From Coriobacteriales bacterium (lineage in GTDB: Bacteria > Actinomycetota > Coriobacteriia > Coriobacteriales > QAMH01), in contig JBJEHN010000065.1 in NCBI GenBank assembly GCA_051876105.1, positions 5,841 to 69,840 of the forward strand: a stretch of DNA of 64,000 nucleotides, written 5' to 3'. Both the position numbers and the translations under genes were made by a program. Positions within the stretch are counted from its first letter, which is position 1. Each line of letters begins with the position of its first letter. The notes under the pieces were generated by a model, which worked only from the letters and a program-made list of their open reading frames with translations, did no database searches and was not told where the DNA came from. Shown piece by piece: positions 16,478 to 25,306 of the stretch.

Positions 16478-17137
16478 TCAGAGCATGGGGAGCACGCGGG
16501 CGAGCACCGCCTGGTGCACTTCCTCCACTGTGCCGGCGGCACCCACGGCCAGCACGCGCTGGGGTTCCTCCATGGCGATGCGCGAGAAGCCCTGCCCCAC
16601 GCGCTCGTGGAAGGCCAGGCCCGCTGCCTCGATGCGATCCCCGCTGCCGTCCCCGCCGGTGGCGCCCATGGCGCGGCGCAGACCCTCCTGCGGATCGATG
16701 AAGAGCATCACGGTGGCGTCTGGCTCAAGGCCGCCCGTTGCGGCGGCGTTCAGGCGGGTGATGAGCTCGACGTCCAGCCCGCGGCCATAGCCCTGGTAGG
16801 CGAGCGTCGAGTCCGTGAAGCGGTCGCAGAGCACCACCTTGCCTGCCTCCAGCGCGGGGCGTATGAGCTCGCTCACGATCTGCGCGCGGGCGGCCTCGTA
16901 GAGCATGAGCTCGGCCATGGGGCTCAGGCCGTCGCTTTCCTTGGCGAGCAGCATCTCGCGTATGCGCTCGCCCGCAGCGGTGCCGCCGGGCTCGCGCAGG
17001 GCGAGCACGCTGAATCCGCGCTCCTCGAGCGCTGCGGCCAGCAGCCTGAGCTGCGTGCTCTTGCCGCAGCCCTCTCCGCCCTCGAAGGTGATGAAGCGCC
17101 CGCGGCCGCGCGCGGGGGCGGCAGCCTCCCAGCTCAT
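16478..17137 (-). CDS. tmk: Thymidylate kinase
   Basis: FITFEGGEGCGKSTQ P-loop and DRF...S..AYQG block. Confidence 0.9.
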   Translation of the reverse strand: MSWEAAAPARGRGRFITFEGGEGCGKSTQLRLLAAALEERGFSVLALREPGGTAAGERIREMLLAKESDGLSPMAELMLYEAARAQIVSELIRPALEAGKVVLCDRFTDSTLAYQGYGRGLDVELITRLNAAATGGLEPDATVMLFIDPQEGLRRAMGATGGDGSGDRIEAAGLAFHERVGQGFSRIAMEEPQRVLAVGAAGTVEEVHQAVLARVLPML

Positions 17138-17688
17138 GCGCGGCCCGCTTCCTGCACCTGGGCGTAGACGTCGTTGCCCAGGGTGTCCACGGCCACAAAG
17201 CAGGGGAAGTCCACCACGTCCAGGCGGCGCAGGGCCTCTGTTCCCAGGTCCTCCCAGGCCACCGTCTCTGCCGCCACAACGCTCTTGGCAAGCAGCGCCG
17301 CGCAGCCGCCGATGCTGCAGAGGTAGACGCTGCCCGTCTCGACGCAGGCGTCGATCACCTCCTGGCTGCGGCTGCCCTTGCCGATGCTGGCCACCACGCC
17401 CGCGCGATAGAGCGCCGGCGCGGCGAAGTCCATGCGGCCGGCGGTGGTGGGGCCCACGGCGCCCAGGGGGCGCCCGGCGCTGGGCGGCGTGGGGCCGGCG
17501 TAGAAGATGGTCTGGCCTTCCAAGCCGTAGGGGAGCCGGCCCGTTGACTCCAGGGCTTCCATGAGGCGCATGTGGCCGGCGTCGCGGCTGGTGTAGAGCG
17601 GGCCGGTGAGCATGAGGGGCTCCCCCGCCCGCAGGCCGGCGACGTCCTCCCTGCTCAGCGGCAGGCTCAGCTTCTTGGGCTCTACCAT
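17134..17688 (-). CDS. Fe-S type hydro-lyase beta subunit (class I fumarate hydratase / tartrate dehydratase C-terminal domain)
   Basis: LTGPLYTSRDAGHMRL...GPTTAGRMD...IGKG blocks. Start is ATG 17688. Overlaps the alpha subunit end and the tmk start. Confidence 0.8.
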   Translation of the reverse strand: MVEPKKLSLPLSREDVAGLRAGEPLMLTGPLYTSRDAGHMRLMEALESTGRLPYGLEGQTIFYAGPTPPSAGRPLGAVGPTTAGRMDFAAPALYRAGVVASIGKGSRSQEVIDACVETGSVYLCSIGGCAALLAKSVVAAETVAWEDLGTEALRRLDVVDFPCFVAVDTLGNDVYAQVQEAGRA

Positions 17689-18557
17689 GGCAGCTCCCCC
17701 GTCTCCTCGTAGCGCGCCAGGTCGACGCTGATGCTCCTCATGGCGCTGCAGCCCATGTTCACCGCCACGGGGAGCGCGGCGATGTGGCAGGGCGCGGTCT
17801 CGATGTTGCAGGCGAGCGCCGTGCACGCGCCGCCCAGCGCGCCGGGCCCGATGCCCGTCGCGTTCACGGCGGCGAGCAGCTCGGCCTCCAGAGCGGCGAC
17901 GCGCTCGTCTGGGTTGGGGGTGCCCACCGGGCGCAGCAGGGCATGCTTGGCCAGCCCGCCCACCTTGTCGAAGGTAGCGCCCACACCCACGCCCACGATG
18001 AGCGGCGGGCAGGCGCTCGAGGCCTTCTTGCGCACGCGGGCCAAGACCAGCTCGCGCACGCCGTCCCAGCCGGCGCCGGGGGGCAGCATCTCCACCTGAG
18101 AGGCGTTGTCGCTGCCGCCGCCCTTGAGCATGATGTGCAGCTTGGCGCCGCGGCCAGGCACGAACTTGAGCTCGGTGAAGGCGGGCGTGTTGTCACCGGG
18201 GTTGGTGCGCTCCACCAGAGCGTCGCGCAGGGTGCTCATGCGCAGCTTGCCGGCGCGGTAGGCGCGGCCCACGGCGGCGTCCACGTGCGCGAAGGGTTCG
18301 CTTGCCAGCGAGCAGTCGTCCGCCCCCAGCTCCAGGCACACCCACACGGTGCCGGTGTCCTGGCACAGGGGCACGCGGTCCTGCGCGGCGATGCGGCTGT
18401 TCTGCAGCAGCTGGTCCAAGACCAGCTTGCCGCGGGGGTCGCCCTCTGCCGCGGCGGCGCGCTCCATTGCGGCCAGAACGTCTGGCCTCAAGTCGAAGGC
18501 GATGTGCGGTATGACCCGCTCCACCACCTCCGCCACCAGGTCTGCTGTCACTTGCAT
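17682..18557 (-). CDS. Fe-S type hydro-lyase alpha subunit (class I fumarate hydratase / tartrate dehydratase N-terminal domain)
   Basis: PLCQDTGT motif, GGGSDN block and CPP...GVGVG block. Confidence 0.8.
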   Translation of the reverse strand: MQVTADLVAEVVERVIPHIAFDLRPDVLAAMERAAAAEGDPRGKLVLDQLLQNSRIAAQDRVPLCQDTGTVWVCLELGADDCSLASEPFAHVDAAVGRAYRAGKLRMSTLRDALVERTNPGDNTPAFTELKFVPGRGAKLHIMLKGGGSDNASQVEMLPPGAGWDGVRELVLARVRKKASSACPPLIVGVGVGATFDKVGGLAKHALLRPVGTPNPDERVAALEAELLAAVNATGIGPGALGGACTALACNIETAPCHIAALPVAVNMGCSAMRSISVDLARYEETGELPW

Positions 18558-18571
18558 GCGTGGTGCCTCCT

Positions 18572-19018
18572 CTAGACGCGCGGGGCCTTATCGGCGTTGA
18601 TGCGGCTCACAGCCTCGAAGGCCAGCTCCACGCCGGTGGCGATGTACTTGTTGCAGGTCTGCTTGCGGGTCTCCATGTTGGGGTCGAGCAGCTGCTCGCA
18701 GACGGTGGAGCCATGCTCGAGGTGGAAGTCGTCCACCAGCTCCTCCACATGGGCGTAGGTGCTCTTCTTGGAGGTGTAGGGGCTGCTGCCGCTGCTGTTG
18801 GCCAGCCCCACCAGCGCGACCACCGCGCTCAGGGCGCCACAGGTCTGGGTGTTGCCGCCCATGCCCGCGCCAAAGCCCTCCATGACCTTGAAGAGGGACT
18901 CCCTGTCCACCTCCACCAGGTCCTCCACCGCCAGGGCGACGCATTGTGCACAGTTGAAGGTCTGGTCGTGCATCCGGAGGGCGCTCGCCACCCTCTCTTC
19001 AAGGCTGAGGTTCTCCAT
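18572..19018 (-). CDS. C_GCAxxG_C_C-family protein
   Basis: FNCAQCV...GFGAGMGG...TCGALSAV...C..L...C pattern. Start is ATG 19018. Confidence 0.7.
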   Translation of the reverse strand: MENLSLEERVASALRMHDQTFNCAQCVALAVEDLVEVDRESLFKVMEGFGAGMGGNTQTCGALSAVVALVGLANSSGSSPYTSKKSTYAHVEELVDDFHLEHGSTVCEQLLDPNMETRKQTCNKYIATGVELAFEAVSRINADKAPRV

Positions 19019-19150
19019 CAGGGCTCCTTTGCCACGGGCGCAGCCGCGCCGATTCTCCCAACACCCCCAGTCTACGCCATCGCTGTGACAGCGGCAGCAG
19101 GGACAGCGGGCAGCCGGGGAACTGGGGGCAATGCATCGCTTCCTGCAACG

Positions 19151-19193
19151 AATGGGACAGTGGGGACTGTCCCCACTGTCCCACTGTCCCATT
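19151..19193. repeat. REP-like repeat, family A, with an extra module, located in a divergent promoter region
   Basis: Sequence aATGGGACAGTGGGGACTGTCCCCACTGTCCCACTGTCCCATt. Confidence 0.9.
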
Positions 19194-19273
19194 CCCAGGC
19201 CTGGTGTCGTCAAAATAAATGGGAATCGGTCTTAGTAAGAGTGGTATCCTCTGCACGTTAGGAGGTAGCGAAG

Positions 19274-19666
19274 ATGGAGCGACGCAACACCCGCCAGCGC
19301 CAGCTCGTGCTCGAGGCCGTGCGCTCGCGCTGCGACCACCCCACCGCAGAGCAGGTCTACCAAGACGTGGCTGCCAGGGACCCAAAGGTCAGCAGGGGCA
19401 CGGTGTACCGCAACCTCGCCGTCCTCGCCCAAGCGGGCGAGATATGCGAGGTCGAGACACCCTCTGCAAGCCGCTACGACCTGCGCCAGGACCGCCACCA
19501 CCACCTGGTGTGCAGCTCCTGCGGCGCCGTGGTGGACGCACCCGTGCACTACCAAGAGCAGCTCGACGCCCTGGCCGCTGCGGGGTCGGGTTACGACGTG
19601 AGCGGGCACCACATCATCTTCCAAGGCCTCTGCCCTGCCTGCAGCAAGGCAGCGGGGCAAGGATAA
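19274..19666 (+). CDS. perR: Fur-family transcriptional regulator (PerR-like)
   Basis: [11 protein letters not shown]...TVYRNL w[13 protein letters not shown] and CPAC metal sites. Lies immediately upstream of rubrerythrin. Confidence 0.8.
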   Translation: MERRNTRQRQLVLEAVRSRCDHPTAEQVYQDVAARDPKVSRGTVYRNLAVLAQAGEICEVETPSASRYDLRQDRHHHLVCSSCGAVVDAPVHYQEQLDALAAAGSGYDVSGHHIIFQGLCPACSKAAGQG

Positions 19667-19688
19667 GGTAGCAAGAGAAGGGAATCCC

Positions 19689-20228
19689 ATGGCCAACCAG
19701 TACGCAGGAACCCAGACCGAGAAGAACCTCCAGACCGCCTTCGCCGGCGAGTCCGAGGCACGCAACAAGTACACCTACTTCGCCAGCGTTGCCAAGAAGG
19801 AGGGCTTCGAGCAGATCTCCAGCCTCTTCCTGAAGACCGCTGACAACGAGAAAGAGCACGCCAAGATGTGGTTCAAGGAGCTCGAGGGCATCTCGGACAC
19901 CGCCCACAACCTGGTCGCCGCTGCAGAGGGCGAGAACTACGAGTGGACCGACATGTACGCCGGCTTCGCCAAGACCGCCGAGGAGGAGGGCTTCATCGAG
20001 CTCGCCGCAAAGTTCCGCATGGTCGCAGACATCGAGAAGCAGCACGAGGAGCGCTACCGCGCACTGCTGCACAACGTCGAGGCCAAGGAGGTCTTCGCCA
20101 AGAGCTCTGTCAAGGTGTGGGAGTGCCGCAACTGCGGTCACATCGTCGTCGGCATGGAGGCCCCCGAGATCTGCCCCGTCTGCGCGCATCCGCAGAGCTA
20201 CTTCGAGATCCACGCCGAGAACTACTAG
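19689..20228 (+). CDS. rbr: Rubrerythrin
   Basis: Di-iron four-helix motifs ([14 protein letters not shown]) plus a C-terminal rubredoxin-like CRNCGH...CPVC. Confidence 0.9.
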   Translation: MANQYAGTQTEKNLQTAFAGESEARNKYTYFASVAKKEGFEQISSLFLKTADNEKEHAKMWFKELEGISDTAHNLVAAAEGENYEWTDMYAGFAKTAEEEGFIELAAKFRMVADIEKQHEERYRALLHNVEAKEVFAKSSVKVWECRNCGHIVVGMEAPEICPVCAHPQSYFEIHAENY

Positions 20229-20260
20229 GCGCCCGCGCCTGAGAAGCGCCGCATGCACAA

Positions 20261-20292
20261 GGGGGAGGAGCCGCGTGGCCCCTCCCCCTTTT
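20261..20292. terminator. Intrinsic terminator between the convergent rbr and ahcY genes
   Basis: Stem gggggagg...cctccccc followed by tttt. Confidence 0.7.
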
Positions 20293-20314
20293 CGTGTTCC
20301 CAAAGAGCTGGGTG

Positions 20315-21562
20315 CTAGAAGTTCCAGGAGTTCATGTACTCGCGCTGCTCGGCGGTGAGCTCGTCGATGGTGACGCCCAGGGTCTGCAGCTTGACGCGGG
20401 CAACGCCGTCGTCGATCTGCGCGGGAACGTCGTAGACCTTGTTCTCCAGCTCGGCCGCATGCTGGTAGAGGTACTCGGCGGCCAGAGCCTGGTTGGCAAA
20501 GCTCATGTCCATGACAGACGCGGGGTGCCCCTCGGCGCAGGCTAGGTTGACCAGGCGGCCCTGGGCAAGGACCACGATCTTGCGGCCGTCCTCGAGGGTG
20601 TATTCCTCGACCAGCGGCTTGAGCTCGACCTTGGAGACCGCGTGCTCCTCCAGCCAGACGAGGTTGATCTCGCTGTCGAAGTGGCCGGAGTTGCAGAGGA
20701 TGGCGCCGTCCTTCATGTTCTCGAAGGCGGGGGCGTCGACCACCTTGCAGTTGCCGGTGACGGTCACCCAGACGTCGGCGAGCTTGGCGGCCTCGGCGGC
20801 TGGCATGACCTTGTAGCCCTCCATGTAGGCCTCGAGCGCCTTGAGCGGGTCGACCTCGCAGACCACGACGTCCATGCCCATGCCCTTGGCGCGCAGTGCC
20901 AGGCCGCTGCCGCAGTGGCCGTAGCCGCTGACGACGATGGTGCGGCCGCACATGAGGCGGTTAGTGGCGCGGATGATGCCGTCGAGCGTGGACTGGCCGG
21001 TGCCGTAGTGGTTGTCGAAGAAGTGCTTGGTGTTGGCGTCGTTGATGTCGAAGACGGGGTAGCCCAGCGAGCCGTCTGCCTCCATGGCCTTGAGGCGCAC
21101 CACGCCGGTGGTGGTCTCCTCGGTGCCGCCGATCACGCCGGCGAGCTTGTCCTTGAAGCGGGTATGCAGGGCGGTGTCGAGGTCGGCGCCGTCGTCCATG
21201 ACGATCTGGGGGTTGGTGGCGACGACCGCGTCGATGTGGCGGTTGTAGGTCTCGGCGTCCTCGCCGGTGATGGCGTAGACGTCGACGCCGTAGTACTTGA
21301 CCAGGGCAGCGGCGGTGTCGTCCTGGGTGGAGAGCGGGTTGGAGGCGCAGAGCGTGACCTGGGCGCCGGACGCCACCAGGGCGCGCATGAGGTTGGCGGT
21401 CTCCGTGGTCACGTGCATGCAGGCGCCGATGCGCACGCCCTCGAGCGGCTTCTCCTGCGCAAAGCGCTCCTGGATGCTGGCGAGCACGGGCATGTCGCGC
21501 GCCGCCCACTCGATGCGGGCCTTGCCTGCCTCGGCAAGGGAGATGTCTTTGATGTCGGCCAT
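20315..21562 (-). CDS. ahcY: Adenosylhomocysteinase
   Basis: [20 protein letters not shown]...HVTTETANL...GYGHCG NAD-binding site. Start is ATG 21562. Confidence 0.9.
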   Translation of the reverse strand: MADIKDISLAEAGKARIEWAARDMPVLASIQERFAQEKPLEGVRIGACMHVTTETANLMRALVASGAQVTLCASNPLSTQDDTAAALVKYYGVDVYAITGEDAETYNRHIDAVVATNPQIVMDDGADLDTALHTRFKDKLAGVIGGTEETTTGVVRLKAMEADGSLGYPVFDINDANTKHFFDNHYGTGQSTLDGIIRATNRLMCGRTIVVSGYGHCGSGLALRAKGMGMDVVVCEVDPLKALEAYMEGYKVMPAAEAAKLADVWVTVTGNCKVVDAPAFENMKDGAILCNSGHFDSEINLVWLEEHAVSKVELKPLVEEYTLEDGRKIVVLAQGRLVNLACAEGHPASVMDMSFANQALAAEYLYQHAAELENKVYDVPAQIDDGVARVKLQTLGVTIDELTAEQREYMNSWNF

Positions 21563-21693
21563 AAGGGTCCCTCCCTCTAGGTGCTGTTGGGGATCGGCGC
21601 GCAAACGCGCGTTTGGGCAAAAGGATACCGCATTGCCTGCCCAGACGAGCGCGGAGCCGCAAATGTGAAATGCGAGAACAGCACCCCCGGACC

Positions 21694-21834
21694 GTCATTT
21701 CGACCGGAGGCACGAAGTGCCGGAGTGGAGAAATCTCGGGTTGAGCTGCAAGACCGCTTGTCTCGAGTCACGGTGCTCTGGCTCCCCCCGAGATCTCTCC
21801 ACGCGCTCGCTTACGCTCGCTTGGTCGAGATGAC
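21694..21834. repeat. MITE-like repeat, family B, copy R2
   Basis: Sequence gtcatttcgaccggaggcacgaagtgccggagtggagaaatctcgggttgagctgcaagacc...gagatctctccacgcgctcgcttacgctcgcttggtcgagatgac. Confidence 0.8.
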
Positions 21835-21883
21835 GTGCTGAGAGGCGCCCGCAGCCGCTTGGCGATGACGTAAAGGTGCTCGG

Positions 21884-22306
21884 CTACTGCTCGGTGCGGT
21901 GCTTGCAGGCGCGGCAGGTCTCCATCCAGGCGCTCCAGCGGTCCATGGTCTCCTGGGAGATGCAGTGCTCGATCTTGCAGGCCTCGGCGTTGGCGGTCTC
22001 GGGGTCGATCTCCAAGATGTCCTCGAGGAAGCTCCTCAGCGCGCGGTGGCGGTTGAGGATGTTGCGGCCGTACTCCTCGCCCTTGGGCGTAATGCTGATG
22101 AGGCCGTAGCGCTCCTGCTCGATGTAGCCGCCCTCGCGCAGGTTCTTGGTGGCGCGCGTCACGCTGGCCTTGGAGAAGCCCAGGCTCTCCGCCACGTCGA
22201 CGCTGCGGCAGCTGCCGTCGCCCTTCTTGCACAGCTCATAGATGGCCTCGATGTAGTCCTCGTAGGCGGGGGTGAGCTGGCCTTCTTCTAGTTGTGTCTG
22301 CGGCAT
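21884..22306 (-). CDS. mntR: DtxR/MntR-family metal-dependent transcriptional regulator
   Basis: YEDYIEAIYEL...VDVAESLGFSKASVTRATKNL...RHRALRSFL blocks. Start is ATG 22306. Confidence 0.8.
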   Translation of the reverse strand: MPQTQLEEGQLTPAYEDYIEAIYELCKKGDGSCRSVDVAESLGFSKASVTRATKNLREGGYIEQERYGLISITPKGEEYGRNILNRHRALRSFLEDILEIDPETANAEACKIEHCISQETMDRWSAWMETCRACKHRTEQ

Positions 22307-22377
22307 TGCGGGTCTCCCAGGTCGAGCGGTGCGTCCCACCATTGTAGCGCTGCCGGCAGCCGCGGCCAGAAACAGCC

Positions 22378-22493
22378 GTCAAAGGGTGTCTGCTGTCAAA
22401 AACACGCGTTCAAAGGGTGTCGATAAAAATAGACACACCCTTTGAGTGGGATTTATTGACAGCAAACACCCTTCGAGCGCGTTTTCAGACAGC
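22378..22493. repeat. Nested-palindrome repeat, family C
   Basis: Sequence caaagggtgtctgctgtcaaaaacacgcgttcaaagggtgtcGATAAAAATAGacacaccctttgag...ttgacagcaaacacccttcgagcgcgtttt. Homologous to 63833-63922. Confidence 0.7.
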
Positions 22494-22544
22494 GGCGCCC
22501 CCGCGGGTGCGAGGGCGCCGGCTTGCTCGCTGTGGTGCGGGTGC

Positions 22545-23477
22545 TTAGCGCAGGCCCAGGCTGTCGACCTGATCGGCGATGCTTGCGGCGGATGCCTGCA
22601 GCTCGGCCAGCTCGGCCTCGTTGACGTCGAACTCCACGATCTTCTCGACGCCGTTGCGGCCCAGCTCGACGGGCACGCACATGTAGGTGTCCTCGATGCC
22701 GTACTCGCCCTCGAGGTAGGCGCAGACGCTCATGACCTCGTGGGTGTCGTTGAGGATGGCCTCGACCATCTTGGCGATGGAGGAGCCGGGGGCGTAGAAG
22801 GCGGAGCCGGTCTTGAGCAGCTCGACGACCTCGGCGCCGCCGTTGACGGTGCGGGCGGTGGTGGCCTCGATCTGCTCGGGGGTCAGCAGCTCGGTGAGGG
22901 GCTGGCCCTTGACGGTGGAGAAGCGCGGCAGGGTCACCATGGACTGGCCATGGGCGCCCACGGCGTAGGCGACGATGTCGTCGACGCTCTCGCCGGTTGC
23001 CTCGGCGATGGCGAAGGCGTAGCGCGCGGAGTCGAGCACGCCGCCCATGCCCATCAGGCGGTTCTTGGGCACGCCGGCGTTCTTGAAGGCCAGGTAGGTC
23101 ATGACGTCGAGCGGGTTGGTGACGCAGATGAAGACGGCGTCGGGGCTGGCCTCCTTGGCCTTGCCGATGACGTCGAGCATGATCTTGGAGTTGATGCCGA
23201 TGAGGTCCTCGCGGGTCATGCCCGGCTTGCGCGCCACGCCGGCGGTGATGACCACGACGTCGGAGCCGGCGGTGTCGGCGTAGTCGTTGGTGCCGGTGAT
23301 GGTGGTGCCGTACTTCTCGTTGGAGCGCATGTGCATCATGTCGAGAGCCTTGCCCTGGGGCATGCCCTCGACGACGTCGCAGAGCACGACGTCGGCGATG
23401 TTCTTCATCGCCAGGATCATGCCGGCGGTGGCGCCGACGTTGCCAGCGCCGACGATGGTGACCTTGGGGTAAGCCAT
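22545..23477 (-). CDS. mdh: Malate dehydrogenase (LDH-like MDH type)
   Basis: KVTIVGAGNVG Rossmann motif. ITAGVARKPGMTREDL has Arg at the substrate-specificity position, which is MDH-like rather than LDH-like. Start is ATG 23477. Confidence 0.8.
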   Translation of the reverse strand: MAYPKVTIVGAGNVGATAGMILAMKNIADVVLCDVVEGMPQGKALDMMHMRSNEKYGTTITGTNDYADTAGSDVVVITAGVARKPGMTREDLIGINSKIMLDVIGKAKEASPDAVFICVTNPLDVMTYLAFKNAGVPKNRLMGMGGVLDSARYAFAIAEATGESVDDIVAYAVGAHGQSMVTLPRFSTVKGQPLTELLTPEQIEATTARTVNGGAEVVELLKTGSAFYAPGSSIAKMVEAILNDTHEVMSVCAYLEGEYGIEDTYMCVPVELGRNGVEKIVEFDVNEAELAELQASAASIADQVDSLGLR

Positions 23478-23579
23478 GGTGAGTTCTCCCTCTGGAGCTT
23501 GATGTTCAGATACAGCGCACCATTTTACGCCGCTTTTGTTGCCGTTGCGTGTACTGCCCCCCAGACGGGCGCGCAGCGA

Positions 23580-23611
23580 GTGGGACAGTGGGGACTGTCC
23601 CCACTGTCCCA
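23580..23611. repeat. REP-like repeat, family A
   Basis: Sequence gTGGGACAGTGGGGACTGTCCCCACTGTCCCAc. Confidence 0.9.
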
Positions 23612-23655
23612 CTTTCAGCCCCCGCAGCCCCCACCGCAGTCCCGGGCGCCTTGTG

Positions 23656-23709
23656 AAAATGGGACAGTAGGCTACGTCCCCACTGTCCCGTCCCCACTGT
23701 CCCATTTTT
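23656..23709. repeat. REP-like repeat, family A, GTAGGCTAC variant with a duplicated module
   Basis: Sequence aaaaTGGGACAGTAGGCTACGTCCCCACTGTCCCGTCCCCACTGTCCCAttttt, just downstream of the rnhA stop. Confidence 0.9.
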
Positions 23710-23714
23710 GCAAG

Positions 23715-24203
23715 CTAGGGGCGGTAGCCCTCGTCTTCGCGCCAGCGCTCGCGGCAGTCGGCGGCGGCGGTTGCCAGCTCGTCGCAGCGCTCGTTTTCCG
23801 CATGGCCGGCGTGGCCCTTGACCCAGTTCCAGCTCACGCGCTCGTGCCGCTCCACCGCGGCGATGAGGCGCTTCCACAGGTCTGGGTTGGCGACGGGCTT
23901 CTTCTGGCTGTTGACCCATCCGCGCTTGACCCAGCCCGCTATCCAGTCCTTGTTGAAGGCGTTGACCACGTACTGGCTGTCGGTCCACATCTCCACCACG
24001 CAGGGGCGCTTGAGCGCCTCGAGGCCGGCGATCGCGCCCATAAGCTCCATGCGGTTGTTGGTGGTGAGCCGGTAGCCGGCGGAGAGCTCCTTGACATGCA
24101 GCTTGCCGTTGGCGTCGACGAAGTGCATCACAGTGCCAAAGCCGCCTGGCCCGGGGTTGCCGCGGCTGCTGCCGTCGCTGTAGACGGTGACCCTCATGCT
24201 CAT
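23715..24203 (-). CDS. rnhA: Ribonuclease HI
   Basis: VYSDGSSRGNPGPGG...TNNRMEL...TDSQYV...W.W.KGHAGH..NE..D motifs. ATG 24203 forms an ATGA overlap with the upstream stop. Confidence 0.9.
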   Translation of the reverse strand: MSMRVTVYSDGSSRGNPGPGGFGTVMHFVDANGKLHVKELSAGYRLTTNNRMELMGAIAGLEALKRPCVVEMWTDSQYVVNAFNKDWIAGWVKRGWVNSQKKPVANPDLWKRLIAAVERHERVSWNWVKGHAGHAENERCDELATAAADCRERWREDEGYRP

Positions 24204-25234
24204 GAGCAGAAGCCTCCCTTGAACCAGTAGACCCACCAGGCGGGGATCTCGCGCCAGATGCTCGCCAGCGTACCGTTGCCGGCGATGTTGCCCACAGTGG
24301 GCACAGTGAGCACGTCGACGTTGCTAGCGTTGTAGAGCATCTTGATGCGCGGCATGTGGTAGAAGCTGCTGGTGGCGATGATGGTGCCCAGCTGGTACTG
24401 GCTGGCCAGCTTGATGGTGTTGCTGACGCTCTTCTCCGTGGAGTCGCCGTAGCGGTCGATGAGCAGGGCGCTCGCCGGCACGCCGTTGGCCAGGGCGTAG
24501 TTGTACATGGCCTGCGCCTCGTCCGCGCCGCCCTCCTCGATGCCGCCGCTCACGACGAGCTTGCGGATGAGGCCCTGGTCGTAGAGCTCAACGGCGGTGT
24601 CCATGCGCTCGCGCAGCGCGGTGGAAAGCGTGCCGTCTGGGTAGACGCGCGCCCCGAAGACCACGGCGCAGTCGGCCGGGCGGCGGTAGTCCGTGGTGCC
24701 GAAGAAGCCGATCTGCAGCAGCGGGAAGGCGAGCGCAGCCACCAGCGCGGCGGCTACGGCGGCGGCAAGCGAGAGGCGGCTGCTGTGCGCGGGGGCGCTG
24801 CTGCGGGCGATGCGCACGGTGATCAAGGCGAAGGCGAGCGCGATGCAGAAGCTGAGCGGCACCGGCAGCGCGCGGTAGAGCACGCCGGAGGCCAGCGTCT
24901 GCCAGTACGTGACGGCGTTGAGCAGGGCGAAGAGCGCCACCGCCCCCGTGAGCACGCAGGTGACGACGCGGCGCACCAGGCAGCAGCCGGGCTTGACGCC
25001 CCAGGCGATCATGGCCGCCGCAGCGCAGGCCTCCACGATGAAGCCGAAGTGCACCGAGCTGCCGTTGTAGGCAACGCTCAGTCCGCTGAGGTCAAGCCAC
25101 CACATGTTCATGTTCTGCGCAGTGACCCCGCCCTTGAGGCAGACGACGACGTTGAGCAGGGCGAAGAGCCCGAAGAAGAGGCAGAGCCCCCGCGTGACGG
25201 GGTAGCTGCGCGTGGTGTCTGTGTGATTTGCCAT
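24200..25234 (-). CDS. DUF218 (YdcF/SanA-like) domain membrane protein
   Basis: N-terminal multi-TM region followed by VVFGARVYPDGT...LVVSGG...DRYGDSTEKS...TSSFHMPR-type DUF218 blocks. Start is ATG 25234. Confidence 0.7.
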   Translation of the reverse strand: MANHTDTTRSYPVTRGLCLFFGLFALLNVVVCLKGGVTAQNMNMWWLDLSGLSVAYNGSSVHFGFIVEACAAAAMIAWGVKPGCCLVRRVVTCVLTGAVALFALLNAVTYWQTLASGVLYRALPVPLSFCIALAFALITVRIARSSAPAHSSRLSLAAAVAAALVAALAFPLLQIGFFGTTDYRRPADCAVVFGARVYPDGTLSTALRERMDTAVELYDQGLIRKLVVSGGIEEGGADEAQAMYNYALANGVPASALLIDRYGDSTEKSVSNTIKLASQYQLGTIIATSSFYHMPRIKMLYNASNVDVLTVPTVGNIAGNGTLASIWREIPAWWVYWFKGGFCS

Positions 25235-25306
25235 GCCGCTAAGGATACCGCAGCCCGCCAGCACGCTACACTTTGCCCATCTGCAAATCGCGTACCGGGG
25301 GGACAT

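Noticed and set aside
21563-21693. SAH riboswitch upstream of ahcY.
   Set aside because: I compared the minus-strand leader with the SAH-element blocks I remember (GAGGAGCGCUGC ... AGGCUCGG ... AACGGCGCUCAC) and found no convincing match. Only a small cgcgc-aaa-gcgcg hairpin and a family-B repeat are present. An Infernal scan with RF01057 would settle it.
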